Shown here piece after piece: positions 19,925 through 29,718 of a DNA stretch of 64,000 bases. Source of the stretch: Abditibacterium sp. (GTDB taxonomy: Bacteria; Armatimonadota; Abditibacteriia; Abditibacteriales; Abditibacteriaceae); the NCBI GenBank assembly GCA_965199495.1, contig CBDASK010000003.1:2688001-2752000 (forward strand), given 5' to 3'. The stretch's first letter is position 1. The number at the start of each line of letters is the position of its first letter. Below the pieces are notes generated by a model. It saw nothing but the letters and a program-made list of their open reading frames with translations, was not told the DNA's origin and did no database searches. Made by a program: the position numbers and the translations under genes.

Positions 19925-20054
19925 GTGCCAGCGAATAAATTCGCGGCTGGGAGGCGTTCCGCCGGGCGTCCCCCTGCGGGGACGCGATTGCATCTTGTCC
20001 GCGAAGGCGGACTTCCGGCTTTAGCCTCCCAGCCGCGAATTTATTCGCTGGCAC
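19925..20054. repeat. Palindromic REP-like element family C between convergent genes
   Basis: GTGCCAGCGAATAAATTCGCGGCTGGGAGGC...GCCTCCCAGCCGCGAATTTATTCGCTGGCAC with inner GTCCGCGAAGGCGGAC hairpin. Confidence 0.88.
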
Positions 20055-20063
20055 CGAAATCCG

Positions 20064-22190
20064 TTATCCGCCGTCCGAAATCGGCAAACTCATTTCGACG
20101 CGCGTGCCGCCGCTCGCCGGATGTTCAATCGCCAGATTGCCGCCAGCCACCGCCAGTAGCGCCGCGTGCAGACTGAGGCCACTGCCGCTACCGCCGCTAT
20201 TTTCGGTTTGGATTTGCGCGGCTCCCACGCCATCGTCGGCGATCCAAATTTTGAGGCCATTTTCGCAATTGGCCCCGACTTCGAGATTGAGCGCGCGCGC
20301 GACATCGGCGCCGCGTCCGTGGCGGGCGGCGTTGCGAATCGCTTCGCGTGCGGCGAAGTAAAACGTCGAAGCCAAAAATTGCGGCAACGCTTCGCTGGCG
20401 ACTTCGGCATCAGGCGCGATTTGCCACGTCACCCCGTCGAACTGGCCGCTCAGTACGCTTTCAATTTCGTGTTGCAACGCCTCGAAAAACGCGCGCTTTT
20501 CGAGCGGCAAGGGCGCGGGCAGTTCGCGCAATAAATCCGAAATGCCTTTGTGCGCGGCGGTAATTTTTTCGGCTGCCTCGTCGGGAAATAATAGCGCCGC
20601 GTGCAAGAGCGGCAAAATATCGTCGTGCAAGCTGCGGCGCGCGCCGCGATCTAACGTCACGACATGCGCGACTTTCTGGCGTTGCAGCGCGACTAATCGG
20701 GCAGCCAACGTCGCTCCGGCGCCCGAATCCAACAGATGTTCGCCCGCCGCGCGCGCGATTTCGATTTCTTCGAGCGTATACAATCCGCCGTCGCGGCGCG
20801 GCCCCAACAACAGCGCGCCGATGCCGCCGCCCTCACCCAGCGGCACCAGATAATCCATGCCGCAACCTTCGGGCAACGACTGAACTTCGCTCGAATTGGA
20901 ATGGCGCGCCGCCAGTTCGAGCCAGGCAGCCACGGCGGGCATGGCGGCGGGATAAAAGCGTGGCGCGCCAAAGAGGGGCGCGATTTCGCCGCGCGCGACC
21001 AACATCGCGCGCCCGGCGTTGAGAACGTCTTCGCACAAAGCGCGAAACGGTTCGTCAATCGCGGCGCGCAAGCGCGATTCGTCGCCTTCCAACAGTCCGC
21101 CCAGCAGATGACCCGACGCCACAAACGGCGCCAGATTCGCCGTGGCGCGCGCGCGGTCGGTGTAGGCGCGATGCGAAAATAACGCCAGAATAATTCCCAG
21201 CAAACAGGTCGAAAGTAAAAGCGGATAAATGCCCGCCACATCGAATCCGAGCGAAACCGCAATGAGTGCCGAATAGATCGCCGCCAGCAAAACGACGGCG
21301 CGCCATTGTCGCCAAAACCCGCGTCGCGGCAAAACTTTGCCGGTGAAAATCTCGAACGAAACCACGGCTTTGCCCAACAACATCACGGCGAGCGAAATGC
21401 CCGCGCAAAGGGCGAAATCGGTCGCGTTGAGCCACTGCGCGAGGGCACCCGCGACGTTGTAAAGCGCCGTCGTGCTGGCGGCGGGATTGTATAAATCGGA
21501 GCGATTGCCCGCCACCGCGAAATAAACCAGCGCGCTCGCGACGGCGCACGAAACGCCGAACTGCACAATCGAACTGCCCAACAAAAAAGGCCGCGCCCGC
21601 TTTTGCGAGGCTTCGCGGCTCCAACTCGCCGGAGGCATCGGGCGAAGTAGCGCCAGCAACGCGGTTCCGGTGCAGGTGAGCAAAAAAAGCGGGTAGAGCC
21701 ACAACAACAATCGCAGCGACAGAAATTGCGTGATGTTGTTCGGCTCGGCGTAAGTAAACGGCGAGGCGCCAAAGCGCGGCAAGCCGATCCACACGATGAC
21801 CAACTGGCAGAAAACTAAAGCCGTGGCGAACGCGAAAAGCCAGCGCGTGCGGCGGCGAAGCGGCGAGTGAGCTTCGTCCCAGTAGCCGCAATACCACAGC
21901 ATTAAAACCATCCAACCAAACGGCAACGCGCCGACGGGCGCCGACAGAATTAGCCACCAAATCGGCGAGTTTTCCAGCAAAGTATCGAGCGAATAATTGA
22001 GCGCCGCCGTGTGCAACAAAAAGAAAATCGCGCCGACCAAAAAACCGCTGCCCGCCAGATAAGTGCCCCAGTTGCGCTCCTGCGCGTTGAGCAAAATCGT
22101 CAGGCCGAGCCACAAAAGTAAGACGAGATTAAACAGCGAAACGGCATACATCGCCCACGGCAGCAGCCAATCTTGGAAAAGGTTGAGCAT
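20064..22190 (-). CDS. Multi-TM sensor histidine kinase (HisKA_3-like)
   Basis: About 9 TM segments, ARRSLHDDILP H-box, EAIRNAARH, DDGVG, GSGLSL. Confidence 0.88.
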   Translation of the reverse strand: MLNLFQDWLLPWAMYAVSLFNLVLLLWLGLTILLNAQERNWGTYLAGSGFLVGAIFFLLHTAALNYSLDTLLENSPIWWLILSAPVGALPFGWMVLMLWYCGYWDEAHSPLRRRTRWLFAFATALVFCQLVIVWIGLPRFGASPFTYAEPNNITQFLSLRLLLWLYPLFLLTCTGTALLALLRPMPPASWSREASQKRARPFLLGSSIVQFGVSCAVASALVYFAVAGNRSDLYNPAASTTALYNVAGALAQWLNATDFALCAGISLAVMLLGKAVVSFEIFTGKVLPRRGFWRQWRAVVLLAAIYSALIAVSLGFDVAGIYPLLLSTCLLGIILALFSHRAYTDRARATANLAPFVASGHLLGGLLEGDESRLRAAIDEPFRALCEDVLNAGRAMLVARGEIAPLFGAPRFYPAAMPAVAAWLELAARHSNSSEVQSLPEGCGMDYLVPLGEGGGIGALLLGPRRDGGLYTLEEIEIARAAGEHLLDSGAGATLAARLVALQRQKVAHVVTLDRGARRSLHDDILPLLHAALLFPDEAAEKITAAHKGISDLLRELPAPLPLEKRAFFEALQHEIESVLSGQFDGVTWQIAPDAEVASEALPQFLASTFYFAAREAIRNAARHGRGADVARALNLEVGANCENGLKIWIADDGVGAAQIQTENSGGSGSGLSLHAALLAVAGGNLAIEHPASGGTRVEMSLPISDGG

Positions 22191-22201
22191 GGTTTGAGAT
22201 T

Positions 22202-22390
22202 AGAAGCAAGCGCGTAGGTTTTTCCCTCACCCCAGCCCTCTCCCGGAGGGAGAAGGAGCTACCTACTCGAAATTCATACCCGCTTGAACTTACTTTTAAG
22301 CCAGTTGAGCAAAGTAGAGTTTGCTCGAACGTAGCTCCTTCTCCCTCCGGGAGAGGGCTGGGGTGAGGGAAAAACCTACGCGCTTGCTTC
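22202..22390. repeat. Long palindrome family D (CCCTCACCCCAGCCCTCTCCC type)
   Basis: About 59-bp perfect arms GAAGCAAGCGCGTAGGTTTTTCCCTCACCCCAGCCCTCTCCCGGAGGGAGAAGGAGCTAC and reverse complement. Confidence 0.92.
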
Positions 22391-22397
22391 CGACTAT

Positions 22398-23135
22398 TCA
22401 CTCCCAAACCTCCCATTTCCCGCTTTCGCTCTGCACCCTCGCCACGCCGTCGTTGTCCCATTCGATGAAACGGTTTTCGCGATAAATCAAAGCCGCCCGC
22501 AGCCTTGCGACTTTCTCGTCGGTCGCCGAATCGTTGAGGCTCCAACTGGTGTAAATCTGGCCGTTGACCCGCGAAATCGTGCGCTTGTCGCGAAAGCCCA
22601 TGCGCGTGGCGATTTGCTCGTTTGTGAGGCCCGCCGCCAGCATTTTGGCGACGGCGAGTTCGTTGGGTTCGAGCAGCGACATCGGCGAGTCTTCGTCGCG
22701 GCGCGCGACTTCGTGAACGCGCGATTCAATGTCGGGGTCAATGAAACTGCGACCAGAAACCGCGTCTTTGAGCAAGGGCACGATCATCGAAGGCAACAGA
22801 AAATTCGATTTGCGCACGTAGGCGTAATGCGACAAAATGCCCGAACGCCGGAAGTCGCGGTAATAACTATCGTCGTCTTGAATCGAATAAAAAACCAAAG
22901 GCAAACGCGGGAACTCGCGGCGCAGAGCCACGGCGGCTTCGATGCCGTTCCATTTGCCTTCGAGTTGCACGTCCATCAACACGCAATCGGGCCGCCCGCT
23001 TTCCAAAGCGATTTGCAGCGCCAATTCGCCCGACGCGCTTTGGCCGCAGACGCAGATTTCGCCCGTCGCCTCTAATCCCTGCGCGAGCGCCGGGCGCAGT
23101 TTGGCGTTGTCCTCGACCAATAACATTTGTAGCAT
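22398..23135 (-). CDS. NarL/LuxR-family response regulator
   Basis: LLVEDN, PDCVLMDVQL receiver domain; LAAGLTNEQIA HTH; adjacent to the kinase. Confidence 0.92.
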   Translation of the reverse strand: MLQMLLVEDNAKLRPALAQGLEATGEICVCGQSASGELALQIALESGRPDCVLMDVQLEGKWNGIEAAVALRREFPRLPLVFYSIQDDDSYYRDFRRSGILSHYAYVRKSNFLLPSMIVPLLKDAVSGRSFIDPDIESRVHEVARRDEDSPMSLLEPNELAVAKMLAAGLTNEQIATRMGFRDKRTISRVNGQIYTSWSLNDSATDEKVARLRAALIYRENRFIEWDNDGVARVQSESGKWEVWE

Positions 23136-23270
23136 GATGCAACGCAGTTTGCGGGTTTGACCCTCAACAAACAAGCGTTTCAAACCTTCGCTGGCGCGCA
23201 CTCAGGTGCGTTGAAATTGGCGTTTGAGGCGTTGGACGTGGCTGGTCTGTGGGCGAAAATCTTTTGCGTT

Positions 23271-23290
23271 AAGGGACGATTTGTCCCCTG
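23271..23290. promoter_or_regulatory. Putative operator palindrome between the response regulator and the divergent membrane-protein genes
   Basis: GGGAC-GATTT-GTCCC just upstream of RBS AAGGAG. Confidence 0.5.
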
Positions 23291-23309
23291 AGAAAAGGAG
23301 AAATTCAAC

Positions 23310-24164
23310 ATGACACAAGCCATTGGAACTGCTTTCAAAGACCTCGACCGACTTTTGCGCGGCGAGGCGACGCGACTGGGCGCGCTCAAGAGCGGGCATA
23401 TCGAAATTGATCAGACCAAACTGCCGTGGATTATCATCGGCATGGGCGTTTTGTATGGCGCCTGCATGGGCAGTTTCGCCCTCGCCAACACGCCCGATAA
23501 AACCATCGCGTTGCTGCAAACTTTGTCTTCGATGGGCAAAGTGCCGATTTTGTTTTTCGCGACCTTACTCGTCACGTTTCCCTCGCTCTACGTTTTCAAC
23601 GCGCTCGTCGGCTCGCGCTTAACCTTAGTTTCGGTGTGGCGCCTGTTGATTTCGGCTCTGGCCGTGATGATGACGATTTTATCGAGCCTTGGCCCAATCG
23701 TCGCGTTCTTCTCGATTTCGACGACCAACTATCCGTTCATGCTGCTGCTCAACGTGGTTGTCTTCGGATTATCGGGCTTTCTGGGCCTCAAATTTCTGCT
23801 CGGCACGCTGCAACGCCTGACAGTTGTGCTTTACGAAAAGCCGGACGCGCCCGCCGTGGCTGCATCGGACGCGGCAACAGCCCAGCAAGCCGAACTCGAC
23901 GAAGTGTTGACTTTATTCGCCGAAGACGACGTGAAACAGGGCGCCTTGGATCGCGTCGAGGCGCGCGCGATGGCGGCCAATGTCAAACAGGTTTTCGGAT
24001 TGTGGATGATCGCGTTTGGCTTAGTCGGTTCGCAAATGGCGTGGGTTTTGAGGCCGTTCATTTCCGATCCGCAACGCACCGAATTCGTGCTGTTCGCCCA
24101 ACGCGAATCGAATTTCTTCGCGGCGGTTATCCAAACGCTTTTCCGCGCGGTTGGCTTGGGCTGA
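23310..24164 (+). CDS. Conserved multi-TM protein (QxxWxLRPF motif), paralog 1
   Basis: Strong RBS; KVPILFFATLLVTFPSLY; SQMAWVLRPFI. Confidence 0.8.
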   Translation: MTQAIGTAFKDLDRLLRGEATRLGALKSGHIEIDQTKLPWIIIGMGVLYGACMGSFALANTPDKTIALLQTLSSMGKVPILFFATLLVTFPSLYVFNALVGSRLTLVSVWRLLISALAVMMTILSSLGPIVAFFSISTTNYPFMLLLNVVVFGLSGFLGLKFLLGTLQRLTVVLYEKPDAPAVAASDAATAQQAELDEVLTLFAEDDVKQGALDRVEARAMAANVKQVFGLWMIAFGLVGSQMAWVLRPFISDPQRTEFVLFAQRESNFFAAVIQTLFRAVGLG

Positions 24165-24175
24165 AATCCGCCATA

Positions 24176-24321
24176 TGTCATTTCGAGCGAGGAACGAGCC
24201 GAGAAATCTTTTGCTCGCGCGGCAGCGCAAGTTAAAGCCATTCTTACTTTCAGGCTCTCTCATGATTTCCGATGGCGCGGGGCCGCAAGATTTCTCGGTT
24301 CGTGCCTCACTCGAAATGACA
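24176..24321. repeat. Palindromic element family E (TGTCAT...ATGACA), copy 1
   Basis: TGTCATTTCGAGCGAGGAACGAGCCGAGAAATC...GATTTCTCGGTTCGTGCCTCACTCGAAATGACA. Confidence 0.9.
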
Positions 24322-24356
24322 ACGCTCGCCCATATCCGCTATCCGAAAACACTCCC

Positions 24357-25010
24357 ATGACACTCACAATCACTCGCGCCGATGGCGCTCTGCGCGCGTT
24401 ATTGCGGCCCGATGCGCCCGCGATGGCGCTGCCCAAACTCGCGATTCTGGTGGCGCTGTGCGGCGCGATTCAAGGCGCGATCATGGGCAGTTACGCGCTG
24501 TTCAACGGCGGCTCGCCGTTATTTATGGTGTGGGCGATGTTCAAAGTTCCGCTGTTTCTGGGCATCGCCGCCGCTTTGTGTTTTCCGGCGCTACGCGTGT
24601 TGTATTATCTCGTCGGCCTGAGCGACGAGTTCGCGCCGATGATTCGCGCGCTGACGGCGGCGCAAGCGGCATTCGCAGCGATTTTGGCGGCGATGGCACC
24701 GTTTGTTTTAGTTTTCTACGCGTCGGGTTTGTCCTATCGCGGGGCGCTGATGCTCAATTTGGCGGTGTTCGCCCTCGCCGGAATCGCCGCCCAAAACGTG
24801 GCGCGCGGACGTTTGCAAGCGTTGCTCGCGCGCGAATCGCGGCACCTCAAATTATGGGCGCTTGGTTTTGGAGTTTGGGCGTTTGTCGCGGTTCAACTCG
24901 CGTGGAATTTGCGCCCATTCATCGGCTCGCCCGAAGCGAGCGTTCAGTTTTTGCGGCCCGACGCGTTTTCCAACGTTTATCTGGCGTTATGGAAAATTTT
25001 GGCGGGCTGA
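24357..25010 (+). CDS. Conserved multi-TM protein (QxxWxLRPF motif), paralog 2
   Basis: KVPLFLG...CFPAL; VQLAWNLRPFIG; aligns by eye with 23310-24164. Confidence 0.8.
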   Translation: MTLTITRADGALRALLRPDAPAMALPKLAILVALCGAIQGAIMGSYALFNGGSPLFMVWAMFKVPLFLGIAAALCFPALRVLYYLVGLSDEFAPMIRALTAAQAAFAAILAAMAPFVLVFYASGLSYRGALMLNLAVFALAGIAAQNVARGRLQALLARESRHLKLWALGFGVWAFVAVQLAWNLRPFIGSPEASVQFLRPDAFSNVYLALWKILAG

Positions 25011-25082
25011 TATTCTGCAAATCAAACGAAAACGGGCGCCGTCACAATGACAGCGCCCGTTTTTGCTATCGCAGTGGATGTA

Positions 25083-25640
25083 TCAGCCACGCCCGCGACC
25101 CATCCAATTATTGCCCTGCGCTGGCCCATCGCCATAGACGCCCATCAGCGTCAGATACGCTTCGAGGCGCGGGTTTTTGAGCAAATCTACGCTTTCGCCC
25201 AGTTTCTTTTGCGCGGCTTTGCGGCGCGTGCGGTTGTCCTCGATGGCGACGTTGTAATCGTTCAATAAAACCGCGACTTGCTGATCGGTGACGGCTGGGG
25301 TGCGCAGTGCCGTGGTGAGCGCGCGACTGCTGGTTTGCAGTTTGTCGGCGGCTTCGGTTTCGCCCTGAATGTAATCCATCACGGTGGTTTGCTGATCTTT
25401 GTCGGTGATGCCAAGGCCCTCCAGTTGACGCGTCATCACGCGCTGGCGCATCTGTTCGCGCTGGGCGGCACGTTGCTCTGGCGTCGGGCGCACGCCCACC
25501 GGATGATTGATCGGATTCTGAGCTTTGGGCGCGTTGTTCGGATCGGGTTGCGCGCGGGCAACGAGCGGCGCGCAGAGCGCCAACGCGAACGTTAAAGCCG
25601 CGAGGCCACGGGGAGAACCGAGAGTTTTGAAGGGCTTCAT
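25083..25640 (-). CDS. Secreted helical hypothetical protein, paralog A
   Basis: Signal peptide (VARA/Q); C-terminal PRLEAYLTLMGVYGDG; start ATG 25640. Confidence 0.75.
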   Translation of the reverse strand: MKPFKTLGSPRGLAALTFALALCAPLVARAQPDPNNAPKAQNPINHPVGVRPTPEQRAAQREQMRQRVMTRQLEGLGITDKDQQTTVMDYIQGETEAADKLQTSSRALTTALRTPAVTDQQVAVLLNDYNVAIEDNRTRRKAAQKKLGESVDLLKNPRLEAYLTLMGVYGDGPAQGNNWMGRGRG

Positions 25641-25666
25641 AACGAAATACCAACGATTAGGGGCTT

Positions 25667-26602
25667 TCAAGGTGTCGGAACTTTTGTGACGGTTTGTGTC
25701 GCGTCTTCCGGCTGCAATTTGATCACGCGGCGGCGCTCCTGCCAGACCCACTGCACGCGGATTCGCGCGCTGAGCGCCGTGCCAGTTAGCTGCTTTTCGA
25801 TGTCGGAATCGGGCGCTTTGAGGTCGTCGCGCCACGGCGCGCTATAACGTTCGAGCGCGCCGCTATCGTCGCGAATTTCGAGCCAATGCGCACCGTTGTC
25901 CTCGACGCCCTTGGCCATGACAGTTCCCACGATTTCGCCGCGCGCCGCGAAATTGGGATTGGGCATCGGCCCGTAAATCAGCGTATTTTCCGGCGTCTCG
26001 TCGGGTGGGGTTGGCGCGAGCGTTTTGGGCAGGGCGAGCGCGCCCGTCGGCAATTTTGAGGCGCCATCGCCCAAAACGCCCATCAGCCACAGCGTCGCTT
26101 CGAGTTTGGGATCGAGCGAATAACCCACGCGCGCGTCCAAACGCCGTTGCTGGGTTTCGCGGTTGGTCTTGTCGGTTTCGACCGCCGCGCGATAATCGCT
26201 GAGCAAATCGCGCATCCGTTCGGGTGGCACGTCGCGCCGCAAACCGTTCATCAAACTTTTTTCGGCGTCGCGCAACGTGGCGCGTGCCATCTCGTCGGCG
26301 GTCAGATATTCGAGAATCGCGTCCTGCGTGTTGGCGTCCGCGATGCCCAGATTTTTCATCAAAGCCCGCAGTTTGTCCTCGGTCTGCTGGCGCCTTTCAT
26401 CGGGCGAAAGCGTTTTTTTCGCCACGCTTGCGCCCGCCGTGGCTGTGGCCGTAGCTGTGGCGCCCTGTGCGGTTTCGCCCGGCCCGACGGGCACCGGAAC
26501 CGGCGAAGCGTTTTGAGCGCGCGCGAGGGGCGCCAAAAAGCACAAGATTAAACCCACGCTCCACAGGGCGCGGCGCGGCAAAGTCAAACGCATCAAAATC
26601 AA
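25667..26602 (-). CDS. Secreted helical hypothetical protein, paralog B, with extra C-terminal beta domain
   Basis: Signal peptide (LARA/Q); PKLEATLWLMGVLGDG shared with paralog A. Confidence 0.75.
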   Translation of the reverse strand: MILMRLTLPRRALWSVGLILCFLAPLARAQNASPVPVPVGPGETAQGATATATATAGASVAKKTLSPDERRQQTEDKLRALMKNLGIADANTQDAILEYLTADEMARATLRDAEKSLMNGLRRDVPPERMRDLLSDYRAAVETDKTNRETQQRRLDARVGYSLDPKLEATLWLMGVLGDGASKLPTGALALPKTLAPTPPDETPENTLIYGPMPNPNFAARGEIVGTVMAKGVEDNGAHWLEIRDDSGALERYSAPWRDDLKAPDSDIEKQLTGTALSARIRVQWVWQERRRVIKLQPEDATQTVTKVPTP

Positions 26603-26647
26603 CGGTGCCTTAGGACAATGCGCAGTGCGCGCGGTTGCTTTTTATCG

Positions 26648-26863
26648 GATGCCAGATTTCGGATAATCGGATTGGGGCGCGATGTCATTTCGAGTGAGGC
26701 ACGAACCGAGAAATCTTCCGCCCACGCGGCAGCGCAGGTTAAAGCCATTCTTACGTTCAGGCTCTCGCATGATTTCCGCTGGCGCGGGGCCAACAGATTT
26801 CTCGGTTCGTGCCTCACTCGAAATGACATCGCGCCCCAATCCGATTATCCGAAATCTGGTATC
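26648..26863. repeat. Palindromic element family E, copy 2, with extended outer arms
   Basis: Core 26683-26828 near-identical to 24176-24321; outer arms GATGCCAGATTTCGGATAATCGGATTGGGGCGCGA / reverse complement. Confidence 0.92.
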
Positions 26864-26887
26864 TGACATCCGCCATATCCGATAAAA

Positions 26888-27844
26888 TTGAATGCGGTGT
26901 CGGTTTCTCAACTTTCTTCTTTTTCTGTTTCGGTGCGCGTGCCCGCGACTTCGGCCAATCTCGGCCCCGGCTTCGACGCGCTGGGTTTAGCTCTCGATTT
27001 ATTTAATACGCTTGCGCTTTCGGCTTCGGCTCACGATGGGCTGTGCGCGACGGGCGAGGGCGCCGCCGAACTCGCCAATTATTCGACGACCATCGCGCAC
27101 GATGGCGCGCATCGCGTTTTGCGCGCATTGGGTTGTGACGTTCCCGGCGTGCATTTGCAAATGCACAATAACATTCCGCTCGCGCGCGGATTGGGTTCGT
27201 CATCGGCGGCGATTGTCGGCGGCATGATGGCGGCCAACGCGTGGGCGCAGGCGGCGCACGGAAAATGTTTGTCGCTGCGCCAACTGCTCGAAATGGCGAC
27301 CCAAATCGAGGGCCATCCCGATAACGTGGCGCCCGCTTTGATGGGCGGTTTGGTCGCGGCGGCGTGCGAGCAAACCGCCGATGCGCTCGCCGTGGCTGCT
27401 GTGCGCGTGCCGGTCAAAGCGTGGCCGCAGTTCGCCGTTTGGATTCCCGATGCCGAACTTTCGACCAACAAAGCGCGCGGCGTTTTGCCCGATAGCGTCA
27501 GCCGCGCCGACGCGATTTATAATTTGTCGCGCTCGGCGCTCCTAATCGCTGCTCTAACAACCGGTGATTTCGACGCGCTGCGCGAGGCGCTCAAAGATAA
27601 ATTGCATCAGAGCCAGCGCGCGCCGCTCGTGCCGGGCTTCGACGCGATTGTCGGCGCTGCGACACAAGCGGGCGCCATCGGCGCGACATTATCGGGCGCT
27701 GGCCCAACGATTTTGGCGTGGATTGCGCCCGACGCCGATGCGGGCAAAGTGCGACGCGCAATGGAAGTGGCGGCGCGCAATTCGGGTGTCGCGGGCCGCG
27801 CGTTGTTGCTCAAAGTGAGCGAAATGGGCGCGACGGCGATTTAA
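26888..27844 (+). CDS. thrB: Homoserine kinase
   Basis: VPATSANLGPGFDALG, IPLARGLGSSSAA, EGHPDNVAP, LSGAGPT; exact start uncertain. Confidence 0.97.
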   Translation: MNAVSVSQLSSFSVSVRVPATSANLGPGFDALGLALDLFNTLALSASAHDGLCATGEGAAELANYSTTIAHDGAHRVLRALGCDVPGVHLQMHNNIPLARGLGSSSAAIVGGMMAANAWAQAAHGKCLSLRQLLEMATQIEGHPDNVAPALMGGLVAAACEQTADALAVAAVRVPVKAWPQFAVWIPDAELSTNKARGVLPDSVSRADAIYNLSRSALLIAALTTGDFDALREALKDKLHQSQRAPLVPGFDAIVGAATQAGAIGATLSGAGPTILAWIAPDADAGKVRRAMEVAARNSGVAGRALLLKVSEMGATAI

Positions 27845-28290
27845 GATTCGTTTTCGTCGCGTTCGTAATCGTTGGTTAAGCCGAAAAAGTAAGGCAAACG
27901 CGCTTGGCTTACACGCCCACGGCGCCATCCAGACACAAACAACGGGAAAGCGAAAATCAACACGAAAAAAGCGCCACATCCTAATGCCGCGACCGGCAAA
28001 AAGAAGACGATTGACAAAACAATTGACCAATTGTAATGTTGCTCGATTGGCTCGACTTTATGCCAGCAAAACGCGCAAATGAAAGCCATCGCAAAGCCGA
28101 CGCAAAAGAACGCTACCATCCACAGTAGGCCAAATCCAGTGACGTATAGCAGCATCGAAAATGTTGGCGGACTGAGATAATTAATCGCGACGTTCGTCAG
28201 CCAAATTCCAAACGCGATGGCTGCCCAGCCGACCAAAAGCGCGGCCAACGCACCCGCCCAGATTCGGCCCCAGCGTTTCCATTTACTCAT
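27841..28290 (-). CDS. Small 4-TM hypothetical protein, tandem array member 5
   Basis: ICAFCW; C-terminus FFGLTNDYERDENES. Confidence 0.8.
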   Translation of the reverse strand: MSKWKRWGRIWAGALAALLVGWAAIAFGIWLTNVAINYLSPPTFSMLLYVTGFGLLWMVAFFCVGFAMAFICAFCWHKVEPIEQHYNWSIVLSIVFFLPVAALGCGAFFVLIFAFPLFVSGWRRGRVSQARLPYFFGLTNDYERDENES

Positions 28291-28786
28291 TGCGCAACCC
28301 CGCGAAATCGCGCCGCCGACGAAGCGTCTGGCGCTGCAATTCGCGATGAATACCGCTCATAAACGGAGCGCAAACACAAATATTTAGAAACGTATAACCC
28401 AGAATTGCGGCGGTCATTCCACTGCCCAATTCGCTCGGCGGCAACCACAATCCGATGAGAATTAACGGCGCGAAAAGCAAAAGCGCGCTCGCGATTATCC
28501 ATCGCCGTCTTTGTCCGTTATCTCGAATCGCGCCGCGCCAAAAAGACGCGCACAAAACTCCGGCGTAAAAGAACAGCGACAGCGCCGCGCCGATGAGAAA
28601 AATCATCCAAATTCCGTCAACCCACGGTTTGGCAAAATGGTCGTAATTTCCAGTTATGCCCGGAATTAACGCGTCAATGCCCAATCGCGTAAGGGCCAGC
28701 AACGCTAACCCCAGCCACGTCGCGGCGGACGCGCACAATGTTCCCAATGCGAACGTTTTGATGTCGGATAAAAATTGAAATTTCAT
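28283..28786 (-). CDS. Small 4-TM hypothetical protein, array member 4 (divergent)
   Basis: ATG at 28786 overlaps upstream TGA (ATGA); AGVLCASFW motif. Confidence 0.78.
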   Translation of the reverse strand: MKFQFLSDIKTFALGTLCASAATWLGLALLALTRLGIDALIPGITGNYDHFAKPWVDGIWMIFLIGAALSLFFYAGVLCASFWRGAIRDNGQRRRWIIASALLLFAPLILIGLWLPPSELGSGMTAAILGYTFLNICVCAPFMSGIHRELQRQTLRRRRDFAGLRNE

Positions 28787-29262
28787 CGCTGGTTTTCCTC
28801 GCGCTCCCAGTCGTTGGCGAAATCGAATAAGTGGCGCCAGCCGCGATTGGGCCACCATTTGACGCCGAAATCGAGGGCTTTGTAGAACGTGACTAAACTT
28901 GGCAAAAACACCAGCAAACCCAATCCATAAACCAATATCGCGGGCGCCAGAGCCAACAGATAGACCCAGAACCCCCAGCGTTCGTAATTGGAAACTGTCG
29001 CAACGGGATGCCAGAAAAACGCGCAAATCAGGCCCGCCGCGCAACTGAGAACCGCGAAGCTAACAACGACAATCAGCAAGCCTCCAACGATGAGCAACGG
29101 CACAAACAACCAAGGCGAATCGAGAATCGGTGACCGCGCCAGCGCATCGCTTCCCCACAGAGCAAACACCAGCACATAGAAAAACAACGCCAATCCCAGC
29201 CAACTCGCCAATATCGCGCAGACGGCACCCGCAAGCATGCGGCTCCAGTAACGCAGTTTCAT
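28783..29262 (-). CDS. Small 4-TM hypothetical protein, array member 3
   Basis: ATGA overlap; AGLICAFFWHPVA; WRHLFDFANDWEREENQR. Confidence 0.82.
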   Translation of the reverse strand: MKLRYWSRMLAGAVCAILASWLGLALFFYVLVFALWGSDALARSPILDSPWLFVPLLIVGGLLIVVVSFAVLSCAAGLICAFFWHPVATVSNYERWGFWVYLLALAPAILVYGLGLLVFLPSLVTFYKALDFGVKWWPNRGWRHLFDFANDWEREENQR

Positions 29263-29711
29263 CGTTGATTTTCCTCGCGCTCCCAATCGTTGGCAAAATC
29301 GAACAGATGGCGCCAGCGACGATTTTCCCAGATTTCTTCACCCCAATCGCGACCGTAATCAAACGGCAATATCGCCAATAAAAACGCCGGAATTAAAATG
29401 GGAATTATCCAAAATCCCAGCACTAACAAGGGCGAGAGAATGATCAAAACCACGAATTCGCTCCAACGTTCGTCCGGGTTGCAATCGGCGATGGCGACCC
29501 AGAAATAGGTGGCGAAAACTCCGGCGCCAAACAAAATTGCGACGAGCGACAATAATCCCAGTGGCGCGGCGACCAAAATCCCCCAATCGAAGTTGCGCTG
29601 CAACGCCAACCCCAAAAAACCGCACAGCGCGACAGCCAGCCACGTCCAAAGCGCCGCGCACAACGCGCCCGCCCAAAAGCGAGCCGTTCGTGTCAATTGG
29701 CCGTGTTTCAT
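29259..29711 (-). CDS. Small 4-TM hypothetical protein, array member 2
   Basis: AGVFATYFW; WRHLFDFANDWEREENQR. Confidence 0.82.
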   Translation of the reverse strand: MKHGQLTRTARFWAGALCAALWTWLAVALCGFLGLALQRNFDWGILVAAPLGLLSLVAILFGAGVFATYFWVAIADCNPDERWSEFVVLIILSPLLVLGFWIIPILIPAFLLAILPFDYGRDWGEEIWENRRWRHLFDFANDWEREENQR

Positions 29712-29718
29712 AAATTTA

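Noticed and set aside
26599..26911. Small ORFs over family E and D palindromes (also 24151-24360, 22129-22545)
   Set aside because: They are translations of repeat elements and appear on both strands because of the symmetry
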